Below are positions 19,332-29,942 of a DNA stretch of 64,000 bases, one piece after another. Position 1 is the first letter of the stretch. The number at the start of each line of letters is the position of its first letter. Made by a program: the position numbers and the translations under genes. Under the pieces are notes generated by a model. It was not told the origin of the DNA. It did no database searches and saw only the letters and a list, made by a program, of their open reading frames with translations. This DNA is from an uncultured Acidobacteriota bacterium (GTDB taxonomy: Bacteria; Acidobacteriota; Thermoanaerobaculia; UBA5066; DATFVB01): the NCBI GenBank assembly GCA_963813155.1, contig CAWEYG010000001.1, positions 480,001 through 544,000 on the forward strand. Reading direction: 5' to 3'.

Positions 19332-21554
19332 CTAGCCCTGGGACGCCGAAATCTCGCGATTCGCGAAGTCCAGCCGATCGGCGAGCGCGCGCACCACGAA
19401 CCGGTGGAACGCGAGGGCGAGCTGAGGATCCTCGGCCTCCATTCGCTCGAGAGACGAGCGGGACAGCCGGAGCACCTCGGTGGGCTGGTCCGCGAGAACG
19501 CGCGCGCCGCGTGGCGCCGTGCGGTAGAGGCCCATCTCTCCGACGATCGTGTGCCGGTGCATCGATCGCAGCCGCGACTCGTTCCCCTCGGGAGAGCGAA
19601 AGATGACACTGACCCGGCCGGAGGAGATCAGGCAGAGAAACTCCGCCGGGTCTCCCTGGACGAAGAGCGTGTCGCCCGCCCCGTACGACACCGCTTCGAG
19701 GTAAGCGCCGAGCCGTCGAAACATTTCCGGTCCGCCCATCTCGTGGACGAGCCATTCTTCGGCGGACCGCTTCGCGTCTTCGGGCCCGGTCCGCTCCTCG
19801 AGCAGGCGTTCCTCGCACCATTCGAGCGCGGCGTCGAGCTCGCGGAAAACCTGGCAGGCTCCGTCCCCGGCGCGCAGCAGGCCGCCCGAACGGAGCTGCC
19901 CCCCGACCCTCGAGCCGAGGCCGGAGAGCACGAGGACGAAGCCCTCGCGCTCGGCGAACTGGCGCATCTTGACGAGCACTTTCACGGCCGACGTGTCGAT
20001 TCCCAGGACATGGCGAAAATCCAGGATCACCCGGCTGCAGGCCCCGCGACCCCGAGTGGACACGGTTTTTTTGACGTGCTGCAGGAGCGCGTTCACGCTC
20101 CCGAAGAAGATGAAGCCCTGGAGCCAGATGATCTGGATGGCGTGGCCGTTGCGAACGAGCTCGCGCGTCTCGCCCACGGATCGGAGCACGCGGCTCCCGA
20201 ACTGGCTTCGGTCCTTTTCCTGCCTCACGAGGCCCACGCGGCTCGTGTTGATCGCGAACGTCACGCACGCGGCGATGATGCCAAGAGCCACGCCCGCGAT
20301 GAATCCCTCGATCGCGATCGCGAGCAGGATGATGACGACCTGCGCGTAGTCCGCGCGGTCCATGCGCTTCCATCCCTGGACGAACCAGTCGTCGAGGAGA
20401 TCGGCCCCGAGCCGGATCAGCATTCCGCCGAGGATCGGAATGGGAACCCAGCCGAGCGCGCCCGTCCCGAACGCGAGCGCCGCGAGGCACAGGGCCGCCG
20501 CGACGGCTCCGCCGAGGCGGCTGCGCGCGCCGTTCTGGTAGTTGAACAGCGTTCGACTGAGCGAGAGGGTCCCCGCCATGCCGCCCGCGAGCCCCGCGGC
20601 GAGGTTCGCAATTCCGTTCACGCGCAGCTCTCGGTCGATGTCGACGTCGTCGCCGAACTGCGTGTCGACCTCGATCGACGTGATGCCGAGCACCAGGGTG
20701 AACGCCGTCACGACGATGAGGGCGATCGCTCCGCCCGTTTCTCTCAGCAGAAGAGCCGCCGGGGGCGCCTGCCAGTGGCGGGCGAGCCAGACGATCGGAA
20801 TCACGGCCTGCCGCGGCATCTTCAGCAGCCAGCCGGCCGCCTGGGCGTCGCCGATCGAAATGCCCGCCAGCGCCCGGCCGGCGTGGGCCAGCGCGATCGT
20901 CCCGACCAGAAGGGCCGGAAAGGCGATTCCCCTTCGGCTTCGCTCAGTCGCGGCGAGGGCAAGCGCAAAGAGGATCCCCGCGCCGAGCTGCGCGAGCCGG
21001 ACGGGCGTCGCGAGCTCCCGGAGAGTCGCCCACCCCGGCTCGACGCGGGTGAGAATGCGCACCGCGCTGACGATCAGGAGCCAGCCGGAGGCCGCCATGA
21101 ATCCCCCGACGACGGGAAAAGGAACGAAGCGGATCCACCGGCCGATCCGGAATCGGCCGCAGAGGTAGAGGACGAGGCCGTTGAGGATCGCGGCGCCCAC
21201 CAGAACGAGGAGAGCGATCGCCGCGGTTCCCTCCGCTCCGCCCGCGAGGTGAAGCGACGCGGCGGAGCCGGCGACGCCGACGGCCATCAGCGCCAGGACC
21301 GCCGTGGGCTTGGAGTCCGGCCCCCCCACCGCGAAGGGAATGCCGCTGCGGGCCGCGAAGATCGCGGCCGAGATCGCCGCGCCGAGCAGGCCGTATCCGA
21401 TTCCGACGGGAAGAAACGCCGCCAGGGGCCCGGAAAAGACGGCGGCGGCGTAGCTGACGGAAGACGCGATCAGGAAAATCGCGGTGAGGAGACCGGCGCC
21501 GATCTCTTTCGATCGCGCGATCGGAACGCTGCCGCGGTCAGCCGTGTCGTTCAT
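19332..21554 (-). CDS. SulP family anion transporter with STAS and cNMP-binding domains
   Basis: [39 protein letters not shown]. Confidence 0.92.
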   Translation of the reverse strand: MNDTADRGSVPIARSKEIGAGLLTAIFLIASSVSYAAAVFSGPLAAFLPVGIGYGLLGAAISAAIFAARSGIPFAVGGPDSKPTAVLALMAVGVAGSAASLHLAGGAEGTAAIALLVLVGAAILNGLVLYLCGRFRIGRWIRFVPFPVVGGFMAASGWLLIVSAVRILTRVEPGWATLRELATPVRLAQLGAGILFALALAATERSRRGIAFPALLVGTIALAHAGRALAGISIGDAQAAGWLLKMPRQAVIPIVWLARHWQAPPAALLLRETGGAIALIVVTAFTLVLGITSIEVDTQFGDDVDIDRELRVNGIANLAAGLAGGMAGTLSLSRTLFNYQNGARSRLGGAVAAALCLAALAFGTGALGWVPIPILGGMLIRLGADLLDDWFVQGWKRMDRADYAQVVIILLAIAIEGFIAGVALGIIAACVTFAINTSRVGLVRQEKDRSQFGSRVLRSVGETRELVRNGHAIQIIWLQGFIFFGSVNALLQHVKKTVSTRGRGACSRVILDFRHVLGIDTSAVKVLVKMRQFAEREGFVLVLSGLGSRVGGQLRSGGLLRAGDGACQVFRELDAALEWCEERLLEERTGPEDAKRSAEEWLVHEMGGPEMFRRLGAYLEAVSYGAGDTLFVQGDPAEFLCLISSGRVSVIFRSPEGNESRLRSMHRHTIVGEMGLYRTAPRGARVLADQPTEVLRLSRSSLERMEAEDPQLALAFHRFVVRALADRLDFANREISASQG

Positions 21555-21663
21555 TCTTCCGGTCCGGCGGATTCTAGTTCACCGTCGCGGGCCGGGATGT
21601 GAAGTTCCCGTGAAGCCTGCGAGGAAGGATCCGATCCGCTCGGGCGGGACTAGAATCCCAGGC

Positions 21664-22299
21664 ATGCACGAGACACTGAACGACGAAGCCCTGGACCGGA
21701 TCTTCCGCACCGCCCGGACGCACAGCGCGTGGCTGGACAAACCGGTCGGCGACGACACGTTGCGCCGGCTCTACGACCTGATGAAATGGGGCCCGACGAG
21801 CGCGAACACCTGCCCGGCGCGGTTCGTCTTCCTCCGGTCGCCGGAAGCCAAAGAGAGGCTCCGGCCGGCGCTCGCCCCCGGCAACGTCGAGAAGACGATG
21901 AAAGCACCCGTCACCGCGATCATCGCCTACGACCTCCTGTTCTTCGAGAAACTGCCGAAGCTGTTTCCGCACAGTCCCACCATGCGCGATCATTTTGCCC
22001 GGAACCCCCAGCTCGTCGAGGTCACCGCGAAGCGCAACTCCTCGCTGCAGGGGGCATATCTGCTGATCGCGGCCCGTGCGCTCGGCCTCGACTGCGGCCC
22101 GATGTCCGGCTTCGACAACGCGAAGGTGGACGAGGAGTTCTTCGGCGCCGGCAAGGAATGCGAGGGGTGCGAGCAGGAGTTCTTCCCGGCCGGCCACGTG
22201 AAGTCGAACTTCCTCTGCAACCTTGGCTACGGGGACGCTTCGAAGCTCTTCCCCCGCGGACCGCGGCTGGCTTTCGAAGAGGCCTGCACGCTGCTGTAG
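21664..22299 (+). CDS. rutE: Nitroreductase family, malonic semialdehyde reductase (RutE-like)
   Basis: [45 protein letters not shown]. Confidence 0.8.
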   Translation: MHETLNDEALDRIFRTARTHSAWLDKPVGDDTLRRLYDLMKWGPTSANTCPARFVFLRSPEAKERLRPALAPGNVEKTMKAPVTAIIAYDLLFFEKLPKLFPHSPTMRDHFARNPQLVEVTAKRNSSLQGAYLLIAARALGLDCGPMSGFDNAKVDEEFFGAGKECEGCEQEFFPAGHVKSNFLCNLGYGDASKLFPRGPRLAFEEACTLL

Positions 22300-22339
22300 C
22301 GCCTCGCTCCAGGTGTATTCTCGACCCGGAGACGCTTCG

Positions 22340-24031
22340 ATGACCGACACGGCCAGAACTCCCGTCATTTCCCAACTCTCCTCCGAGCGTTTCGCGGAGA
22401 TGTTCCCCACTCTCACGGCGGAACAGGTCCGCCGGGTGGCCGCGGTCGGGCGAGCACGCCCCGTCGAGGCCGGCGAGGTGCTCGTCGAACCGGGCGACCA
22501 CGACGTTCCCTTCTTCGTCGTCACGCGCGGAGAGCTCGAAATCGTCCGGCCTTCGAATCCGAACGAAGGAGAGATCTTCATCGCCGCGGTCCAGCCCGGA
22601 ATGTTCACAGGCGAAGTCAGCATGCTGTCCGGGCGCCGGGTGATGGTCCGGATCGGCGCGAGCGCGGCCGGCGAAGTCGTCGAGGTCGCTCACGACCGGC
22701 TCCTGACGCTCATCCAGACCGACGCCGAGCTGGGCGAGATCGTGTTGAAAGCCTTCATCCTTCGCCGCGTGGACCTGATCGCGCACGGATTCGGCGACGT
22801 CGTGCTGCTCGGCTCGAACCACTGCGCCGGGACGCTTCGCCTCAAGGAGTTCCTGACTCGAAACGGACATCCCTACGCCTTCGTCGACCTCGATCGGGAA
22901 GACGACGTCCAGGCGCTCCTCGACCGTTTCCAGGTCGCGCTCGAAGACGTGCCCGTCCTGATCTGCCGCGGCAAGACCGTGCTCCGCAATCCGAGCAACC
23001 AGCAGATCGCCGACTGCCTCGGCCTGAATGCCGCGATCGATTCCGAAAAGGTCCGCGACCTCGTGATCGTCGGGGCCGGACCCGCCGGGCTCGCGGCCGC
23101 CGTCTACGGAGCCTCGGAAGGGCTCGACGTGCTGGTCGTGGAATCCAACGCTCCCGGCGGCCAGGCCGGGCTCAGCTCGAAGATCGAGAACTACCTCGGC
23201 TTTCCGACCGGCATTTCGGGCCAGGAGCTCGCGGGACGCGCTTACACGCAGGCGATCAAGTTCGGCGCGCAGCTCGTCGTCGCGAAGGGGGGCAAGCGCC
23301 TCGCGTGCGCGCGGAGGCCGTATGCGATCGAGGTCGAGGACGGCTCCCGGGTAGCGGCGCGCGCGGTCATCCTCGCGACCGGCGCCGACTATCGCCGGCT
23401 CGCCGTCGAGAACCTGTCCCGGTTCGAAGGGGCGGGCGTTTACTACGGCGCGACGTTCGTCGAGGCGCAACTGTGCAAAGCCGAAGACGTCATCGTCGTC
23501 GGCGGGGGAAACTCGGCCGGCCAGGCCGCGATGTTCCTCTCGCAGACCGCGCGGCGCGTCTACATGCTCGTGCGTTCGACGGGCCTCGCGGCGAGCATGT
23601 CGCGGTACCTGATCCTCCGCATCGAGCAGAACCCCGCGATCGAGCTGCACACGTCGACGGAGATCGAAGCGCTCGAAGGAGATTCGCGCCTCGAGCGGGT
23701 GCGCTGGCGCGACAAGACCGCGGGCAAGGCCGAGACGCGGGAGATCCGCCACGTCTTCGTGATGACCGGCGCGGTGCCGAGCACGGGCTGGCTCGATCGC
23801 TGCGTCGCGCTCGACGAAAAAGGTTTCGTCAAGACCGGGCCGGACCTGTCGCCCGAGGACCTCGCCGCGGCGAAGTGGCCGCTCCAACGTCCGCCGCACC
23901 TGCTCGAGACGAGCCTGCCCGGAGTTTTCGCGGTCGGCGACGTGCGCGGGGGCAACGTGAAGCGGGTCGCTTCGGCCGTCGGGGAGGGATCCATCGCCGT
24001 GTCGTTCGTGCACCGGGTGCTGAGCGAATAG
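22340..24031 (+). CDS. Thioredoxin reductase-like FAD oxidoreductase with N-terminal cNMP-binding domain
   Basis: GAGPAGL, SSKIENYLGFPTGISG, GGGNSAGQ, GVFAVGDVR.G.VKRVASAVGEG. Confidence 0.92.
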   Translation: MTDTARTPVISQLSSERFAEMFPTLTAEQVRRVAAVGRARPVEAGEVLVEPGDHDVPFFVVTRGELEIVRPSNPNEGEIFIAAVQPGMFTGEVSMLSGRRVMVRIGASAAGEVVEVAHDRLLTLIQTDAELGEIVLKAFILRRVDLIAHGFGDVVLLGSNHCAGTLRLKEFLTRNGHPYAFVDLDREDDVQALLDRFQVALEDVPVLICRGKTVLRNPSNQQIADCLGLNAAIDSEKVRDLVIVGAGPAGLAAAVYGASEGLDVLVVESNAPGGQAGLSSKIENYLGFPTGISGQELAGRAYTQAIKFGAQLVVAKGGKRLACARRPYAIEVEDGSRVAARAVILATGADYRRLAVENLSRFEGAGVYYGATFVEAQLCKAEDVIVVGGGNSAGQAAMFLSQTARRVYMLVRSTGLAASMSRYLILRIEQNPAIELHTSTEIEALEGDSRLERVRWRDKTAGKAETREIRHVFVMTGAVPSTGWLDRCVALDEKGFVKTGPDLSPEDLAAAKWPLQRPPHLLETSLPGVFAVGDVRGGNVKRVASAVGEGSIAVSFVHRVLSE

Positions 24032-24032
24032 C

Positions 24033-25656
24033 TTGACCGCGATGGACGGTCAACTGAATTCTCCGGCCGCGGCGCCGGCAAGCCCGTGGCGGCCGCTGAA
24101 GACCCGCGTCTTTCGCGATCTCCTGCTCGCCAATTTCGTTTCCGACATCGGGGCCTTCATGCAGGGAGTCGGCGCCGCCTGGCTGATGGTGTCGCTCAAG
24201 GCGGGCCCGCTGAACATTGCGCTCATTCAGACCGCCTCGGCGTTGCCGTTCTTTCTCCTCGTGCTTCCCGCGGGCGCCGTGGGCGACATCGTGGACCGCC
24301 GGCGGCTGATCCTCGTCACGGAGTGGTGGATGCTTGCGGCCGCGCTCGTCCTCGCCGTGCTCACGTTCCTCGGCATGATGACGCCGTGGCTTCTTCTGGC
24401 GTCTGACGTTCCTCCTGTCCGCGGGAGACGCCTGCGAAGCTCCCTCCTGGAGGGCGGTCCTTCCCGAGCTGGTCCAGCGCGAGGACTTCGCCTCGGCCTC
24501 GGCCCTGAACGGAATCGAGTTCAACCTCGCCCGGGCGGTCGGCCCCGCGCTCGCCGGGCTGCTCGTCGCGGCCGCCGGCGCCGGAACGGCGTTCGCCGTG
24601 AACGCCGTGTCGTTCCTCGGCGTCATCGTCGTGATCCTCCGGTGGAAACGGCCCGCCCGGCAAAGCACGGCGCCGGCCGAGACGCTCGGGGGCGCGACGG
24701 TCGCGGCGTTCCGCTACGTTCGGCATTCGCCGGCGATCCGGATCGTGCTCGTGTGGGCGGGAACCGTGATGTTTTTCGCGTCGGCCCTGATGGCGCTTCT
24801 CCCCGTGGTCGCCCATCGGCTGAGCGGGAGCTCCCTCGGCTACGGGTTGCTCCTCGCGTTCTTCGGGTCCGGCGCGGTGGGCGGGGCGATGGTCATGCCG
24901 CGGTTGCGCGCCCGTTTTTCGACGCCCTCTGTCCTTTCGCTCGCTCTGGCCGCGCTGAGCGCCGCGCTCCTGGCAACCGGCGCCGTTCGGAGCCTGCCCG
25001 CGCTTTGCGCTTTTCTGATCTTCGGGGGAGCAGCGTGGATCGTCTTCATCTCGACGCTCAACACGATGATGCAGCAGCTCGCCCCCTCGTGGGTTCGGGC
25101 GCGCGTGCTCGCGGCGTTTCTCCTGGTCTTTCAGGGAAGCGTGGCGCTCGGGAGCATCGTCTGGGGCCTCGCCGCGGAGCGGCGAGGCATTCCTTTCGCG
25201 CTCACGCTCGCGAGCGCGGGGACTGCCGCTTCCATCCTGCTTCGCTTCGTCGCGCGCCTGCCGAACGCGGACCTCGACGTGACCCCCTGGGTTCACTGGA
25301 ACGCGCCCCCGGGCTCGCTCCAGACCGGCGCGGGCGACGGACCGGTCCTCGTGACCGTCGAGTACCGCGTGGACCCGGAGCACGCCGCGACGTTCCTCGA
25401 AGCCGTCCACCGGCTGGGGCGCCTGAGACGCCGCGACGGCGCCTCGCGCTGGGGAATCTTTCGGGACACGGAAACCCCCGACCGGTACGTCGAGACCTTC
25501 GTGGTGAGCTCCTGGGCCGAGCATCTGCGCCAGCACGAGCGGTCGGTGCACGCGGATCGGCCCGTGGAGGAGGCCGTCCAAGGCTCGGCGCGGGAGAAGC
25601 CGACCGTCCGGCACCTTCTTTACGCGCGGCGGGACGAGTCTCGATCCTCTGGCTGA
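24033..25656 (+). CDS. MFS transporter (MFS_3) with C-terminal soluble domain, frameshift near 24405
   Basis: SDIG.FMQ.VGAAWLM, GD.VDRR, FNLARAVGPA, RRRDGA.RW..F.D, W.EHLRQHER. Confidence 0.88.
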
Positions 25657-25726
25657 TCGATCGGTCTCGCGAAGGTATAGATTAGGCCAAGATTCCTGCA
25701 CCCTGTTGTGAACGGAGTCACGAGAC

Positions 25727-26430
25727 ATGACGATCGAGATCCAGCGAGCCGAGGAACGGGGCCGCACGGAATGGGGATGGCTCGACAGCCGGCACACCTT
25801 CGCCTTCGGCGAGTACCACGACCCCGGGCGCATGGGATTCCGCGCGCTGCGGGTCTTGAACGACGACCGCGTCCAGCCCGGCCAGGGCTTCGGCACGCAC
25901 GGTCACCGCGACATGGAAATTCTGTCGTACGTTCTCGAAGGAGCGCTCGAGCACAAGGACAACGCCGGCGGCGGCGGCGTGATCCGCCCGGGTGAGATCC
26001 AGTTCATGCGCGCGGGCACAGGCGTGATGCACAGCGAGTTCAACCATTCCGCGACCGAGCCCGTGCACTTCCTCCAGATCTGGATCATTCCCGACACGCG
26101 GGGTCTCGCGCCGGCCTACGGACAGCAGGCGTTCGACCGCGAAAAAGCGAGCCGGTCCTTCGTGCTGCTCGCGTCGAGGGACGGTCGAGACGGAAGCATC
26201 CGGATCCAACAGGATGCGGACGTCTGGGTCGCGCTCCTCGGCGAAGGACAGAAGCCGCGAGCTCGCGATCCGGCCCGGACGGGGCGCGTGGGTCCACGTC
26301 GCGCGCGGATCGGCGTCGCTCAACGGAAATCGGATGCGCGAGGGAGACGGCGCGGCGGTCACCGTCGGAGGAGACGCTGCGGCTCGTCGGAGAGGGATCC
26401 GCCGAGGTGCTTGTTTTCGACCTGAAGTAG
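25727..26430 (+). CDS. Pirin family protein (YhhW-like), frameshifts near the 3' end
   Basis: WLDSRHTF.FG.Y.DP, GFGTHGHRDMEI, AGTGV.HSEFN, LQIWI. Confidence 0.9.
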
Positions 26431-26434
26431 ATCC

Positions 26435-27826
26435 ATGAGAACGTCGCGCGGCCTCGCGGCCCTCGCGCTTTTCGCCCTCTCCTGCACGGCGCACGCTCCC
26501 CTGCGGTCCGTTCCGGGAGCCGTCGTCACGTCTTCCGAGAGGCTCGGCCGCCCCGAGGGGCGGAAGGAAGCGGCGCGCCATTCGATCGAGCGCCATCCCG
26601 ATTTCACGCTCTCGTTCGTGGAATTCGACGACCAGGGCCGCTTCTGGGACCGGAGACAGCTCGAGGAGCTCGAACGGACGCTCGAAGCGGAATCGAGAGC
26701 GGCGGACGGGCGGGTGATCGTCGCGGTTTTCGCGCACGGCTGGGAACACGACTCCGCCGTCTGCGACGAAAACGTCGCTTGCTTTCGCGCTTTTCTCGCG
26801 CAGCTCGCGCGCGACGCCGGGGCGCTCACGCGATTGTCGGCGGGGCGGCTCGCTCCGCGAAGAGTCGTCGGCGTCTATGCGGGATGGCGCGGGCGCTCGG
26901 GAACCGTTCCGGTCTTGCGCGAGCTCACGTTCTGGGCGAGGAAGCGCGCGGCGCTGCGGATCGGCGGGGGCGACCTGATCGAGCTCCTGACACGCGTCGA
27001 CGCCTTCGTGAAGAGGACGAACGTCGACGGAGCCGATCGGGCCCACATGATGACGATGGGCCACAGCTTCGGCGGGACGATGGTCTACGCGGCGCTCGCG
27101 AACATCCTGAAGGCGCGGCTCGTCGAGGCGCTCGACCGGCAGGACAATCCGGATCCGCGCGCGACGATCGTCCAGGGCTTCGGGGACCTCGTCGTCCTGA
27201 TCAACCCCGCCTTCGAAGCGTCGCTCTACCTCACGCTGCACGAGCTGTCGAATTCCTTGAAAAGGCTCTCGCCCCTGCAGGGACCGGTCCTCATCACGAT
27301 CGAGTCCGAAACGGACCGACCGAACCGGACGTGGTTCCCGCTCGGCCAGATGCTCGCGACACTCTTCAATCGGGCCGCGAACCGGACCGAGCGAATCGCC
27401 CTTCGGACGGCGGTCGGCAACGACAAGGATTTCTGGGACTATCGACTGACGGCAGCGCCCGGCGAGCCGACGCCTCCTCGCGCAAGCTCCGACTCGTTCG
27501 GCGCAAGCGCCAACTGTTCGTGCGATCTGAACCTCGAGACGAGCGACGCCGAGTTTCGGAGCCTGCTGTCGATTCTGGCGCCGCCCGTATCGGACCGCCG
27601 GGAAAACGGGTCGGCCTCGCCGGCCCTCCCGGACGGAATCGCCCGATACGGAAGAGCGGAGCTCACCTGCCTCAAGCCCCACGACCGCCGCAGCCCTTTC
27701 TGGGTCGTCCGCGCGAGCGACGAAGTGGTCCACGAGCACAGCGGAATCTTCACGAAGTACCTCATGGACTTCATCCGCCACGTCATCCTCGAAGAGCTGG
27801 AACGAGAGGGCCGAGCCGGCCGGTAG
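26435..27826 (+). CDS. Lipoprotein with alpha/beta-hydrolase fold
   Basis: Lipobox ALSC; FVEFDDQG, FAHGW, GHSFGG nucleophile elbow, LINPAFEA, late His (HSGI). Confidence 0.75.
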   Translation: MRTSRGLAALALFALSCTAHAPLRSVPGAVVTSSERLGRPEGRKEAARHSIERHPDFTLSFVEFDDQGRFWDRRQLEELERTLEAESRAADGRVIVAVFAHGWEHDSAVCDENVACFRAFLAQLARDAGALTRLSAGRLAPRRVVGVYAGWRGRSGTVPVLRELTFWARKRAALRIGGGDLIELLTRVDAFVKRTNVDGADRAHMMTMGHSFGGTMVYAALANILKARLVEALDRQDNPDPRATIVQGFGDLVVLINPAFEASLYLTLHELSNSLKRLSPLQGPVLITIESETDRPNRTWFPLGQMLATLFNRAANRTERIALRTAVGNDKDFWDYRLTAAPGEPTPPRASSDSFGASANCSCDLNLETSDAEFRSLLSILAPPVSDRRENGSASPALPDGIARYGRAELTCLKPHDRRSPFWVVRASDEVVHEHSGIFTKYLMDFIRHVILEELEREGRAGR

Positions 27827-27912
27827 GTCCTCGGCGGTGGACTTCGAAGTGGCTCTTTTCCGCGTCCGGATTCCGCCAGACAATTTCCCGGAGGCGAGAG
27901 AGAGTCCGAAGC

Positions 27913-28854
27913 ATGAAACATCCTTCCCGAGCAGCCGTGATCGCGGGATTCGCCGCGATCTACTTCGTCTGGGGCTCGACGTACCTCGCGATCAAGTTCG
28001 CGGTCGTCACGATCCCCCCGTTCCTGATGGCGGGAACGCGACACCTGGCGGCCGGAGCGATCCTCTACCTCTACGCGAGGCGCAGCGGCGCGCCGAAGCC
28101 GACCTTCGCGAACTGGAAGGCCGCCGCATGGATCGGCGCGCTGCTTCTGCTCGGCGGCAACGGCCTCGTCTCCTGGGCCGAGCAGCGCGTCGCGTCCGGC
28201 CCGGCTGCGCTCATCGTCGCGTCCGTCCCGCTGTGGATGGTCGCGTTGTCGGCCGCCGGAGACAGGCGTCGCCCCGCGCTGCCGGTGCTCGCCGGCCTCG
28301 CGCTCGGCCTCGGGGGCATCGCGCTGCTCGTGCTGCCCGCGCGCAACGGTTCCCGCGGCGGAATCGACCCGCTCGGCGCGGGCGCGCTGCTGCTGGCGGC
28401 GCTGTCCTGGTCGATCGGCTCGCTCCGGAGCCGCCGCGCCGCGCTGCCGACCTCCACCCTTCTCGCGACCGGCATGGAAGCGCTCGCGGGAGGAGCGGCC
28501 CTGTGGATCGCGGGACTCGCGGGGGGCGAGGGCGCGGACCTCCGCCTGGCCTCGATCACGGCCCGGTCGGCGATTTCCCTGGCCTACCTCATCGTCTTCG
28601 GCTCGGTCATCGGGTTCTCGGCCTACGTCTGGCTCCTCAAGGTCGCGAGCCCGGAGCGCGTCTCGACGTACGCGTTCGTCAACCCGATCGTCGCGGTTTC
28701 GATCGGCGTCGCGATCGGCGGCGAGGCGATCACGCCGCGCATCGCCGGCGCGGCCGGGGTCATCGTCGGCGCGGTCGCGCTGATCCTGCGGTTCGGGAAG
28801 GCGCGCGCCGCGAAGAGCGAAGAGCCGCCGGAGCAGGCGTGCGAGGTGGGATAG
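27913..28854 (+). CDS. EamA/DMT transporter (YedA-like)
   Basis: IYFVWGSTYLAI, GGNGLV..AE, STYAFVNPIVAV. Confidence 0.92.
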   Translation: MKHPSRAAVIAGFAAIYFVWGSTYLAIKFAVVTIPPFLMAGTRHLAAGAILYLYARRSGAPKPTFANWKAAAWIGALLLLGGNGLVSWAEQRVASGPAALIVASVPLWMVALSAAGDRRRPALPVLAGLALGLGGIALLVLPARNGSRGGIDPLGAGALLLAALSWSIGSLRSRRAALPTSTLLATGMEALAGGAALWIAGLAGGEGADLRLASITARSAISLAYLIVFGSVIGFSAYVWLLKVASPERVSTYAFVNPIVAVSIGVAIGGEAITPRIAGAAGVIVGAVALILRFGKARAAKSEEPPEQACEVG

Positions 28855-29093
28855 AAGACTCGCACGGCCGGGAGCGCGGCCAGGTCGCTGAGGCGAGTCT
28901 TCGGTGCCTCCCTCGAGGAGACGCAGCGCGCCCGGCGGTGGCATCCTGTCCGTGCGCGCTCCTCGGGCAAATTTTTTCGCGGCAACGACTTCGCTGGTTC
29001 AAGGTCGTTTTCAGCGAAAAAACATACGCTCCTCTCGGGAGGCACCTGTGACCCGCCTTACGCCCGGCTGCGAGGACTCGCCGAGCGAAGCTC
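28855..29093 (-). repeat. Structured intergenic element, diverged copy E
   Basis: Reverse complement begins GAGCTTCGCTCGGC and ends CTCGAGGGAGGCACCGAAGACTC...GCGCTCCCGGCCGTGCGAGTC, matching the arms of B and C. Confidence 0.65.
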
Positions 29094-29119
29094 TGGTACG
29101 CTATCCGCGAGGTAACGCG

Positions 29120-29698
29120 ATGACCTGGATCAAGACCATCCCCATGGCGGAGGCGGACGAAAAACTCAAGCGCGCGTGCGAAAAACAGCGCGAGTTGTAC
29201 CCCGCCGAATACGCGGAGTCGGTTCCCGGGGCCGAGATCCGGCGGGACGGCGAGATGTCGGGCGTCGTCGGAGCGCACAGCCTCATTCCCGACGCGCTCT
29301 ACCACGCGTTCGCGACGTTCGGTGTGCTGATGTCGCCCGAGCTTCCGCTGACCCGACGCCAGCACGAAATGATCACGACCGTCGTCTCGGCCGTGAATCG
29401 CTGCGTCTATTGAACGGAGTCTCACGCAGAGTTTCTGCGTCGGGTGACTCTGGACGAGGAGCTGGTCGGGGCGCTGCGCGCCGACTATCGGAAGGCCCCG
29501 ATCAACGAGCAGGATCTCGCGATGCTCGATTTCGCCGCCCAGCTGACGAAGGATTCCACGAAGATCCAGCCGCGCGACCATGACCGGCTGAGGGAAGTCG
29601 GCTTCGACGACCGCGGCATCCTGCAGATCACGCTGATCGCGTCGTGGTTCAACTACATCAACCGCGTCGCGGACGCGCTCGGAGTCGGGAGAGAGTAG
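29120..29698 (+). CDS. AhpD/carboxymuconolactone-decarboxylase family peroxidase, probable selenoprotein (CVYU)
   Basis: Two ORFs in the same frame joined by one TGA (29411-29413): [30 protein letters not shown]...L.FA..LT...GFDD..I..I....[14 protein letters not shown]. Confidence 0.85.
29414..29450 (+). promoter_or_regulatory. Putative bacterial SECIS element
   Basis: GAGTC..ACGCAGA-GTT-TCTGCGT..GACTC hairpin; apical-loop G follows a 17-nt spacer after UGA. Confidence 0.7.
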
Positions 29699-29888
29699 AG
29701 TTCGCTCGGCCCGCTCGGGCCCAGCGCCGGCTCGGCAAGCGGGTCCTGTCGCGAGACTCGCCCCACTTTTCCGCTCGCTGCGATTTGAGGACTTTGCTAC
29801 GACTCCGCGCCGCGAGCGGCAAAAGGGGGTCTTGCCCCGCGCCACCCGCCCTTCTACCGCCGGCGCATTAGCTCCGTCGCTCTCGGGC
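29699..29888 (+). repeat. Structured intergenic element, copy D
   Basis: TTCGCTCGGCCCGCTCGG..CCCAGCGCCGGCTCGGCAAGCGGGTCCTGTCGCG.GACTCGCCCCACTTTTCCGCTCGCTGCG nearly identical to copy B; ends GTCGCTCTCGGGC. Confidence 0.85.
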
Positions 29889-29942
29889 TTTCGCTCAGGG
29901 GTTGGCCGCGAATGAGGCATCACTCTTGCTCTACGGGACGGC

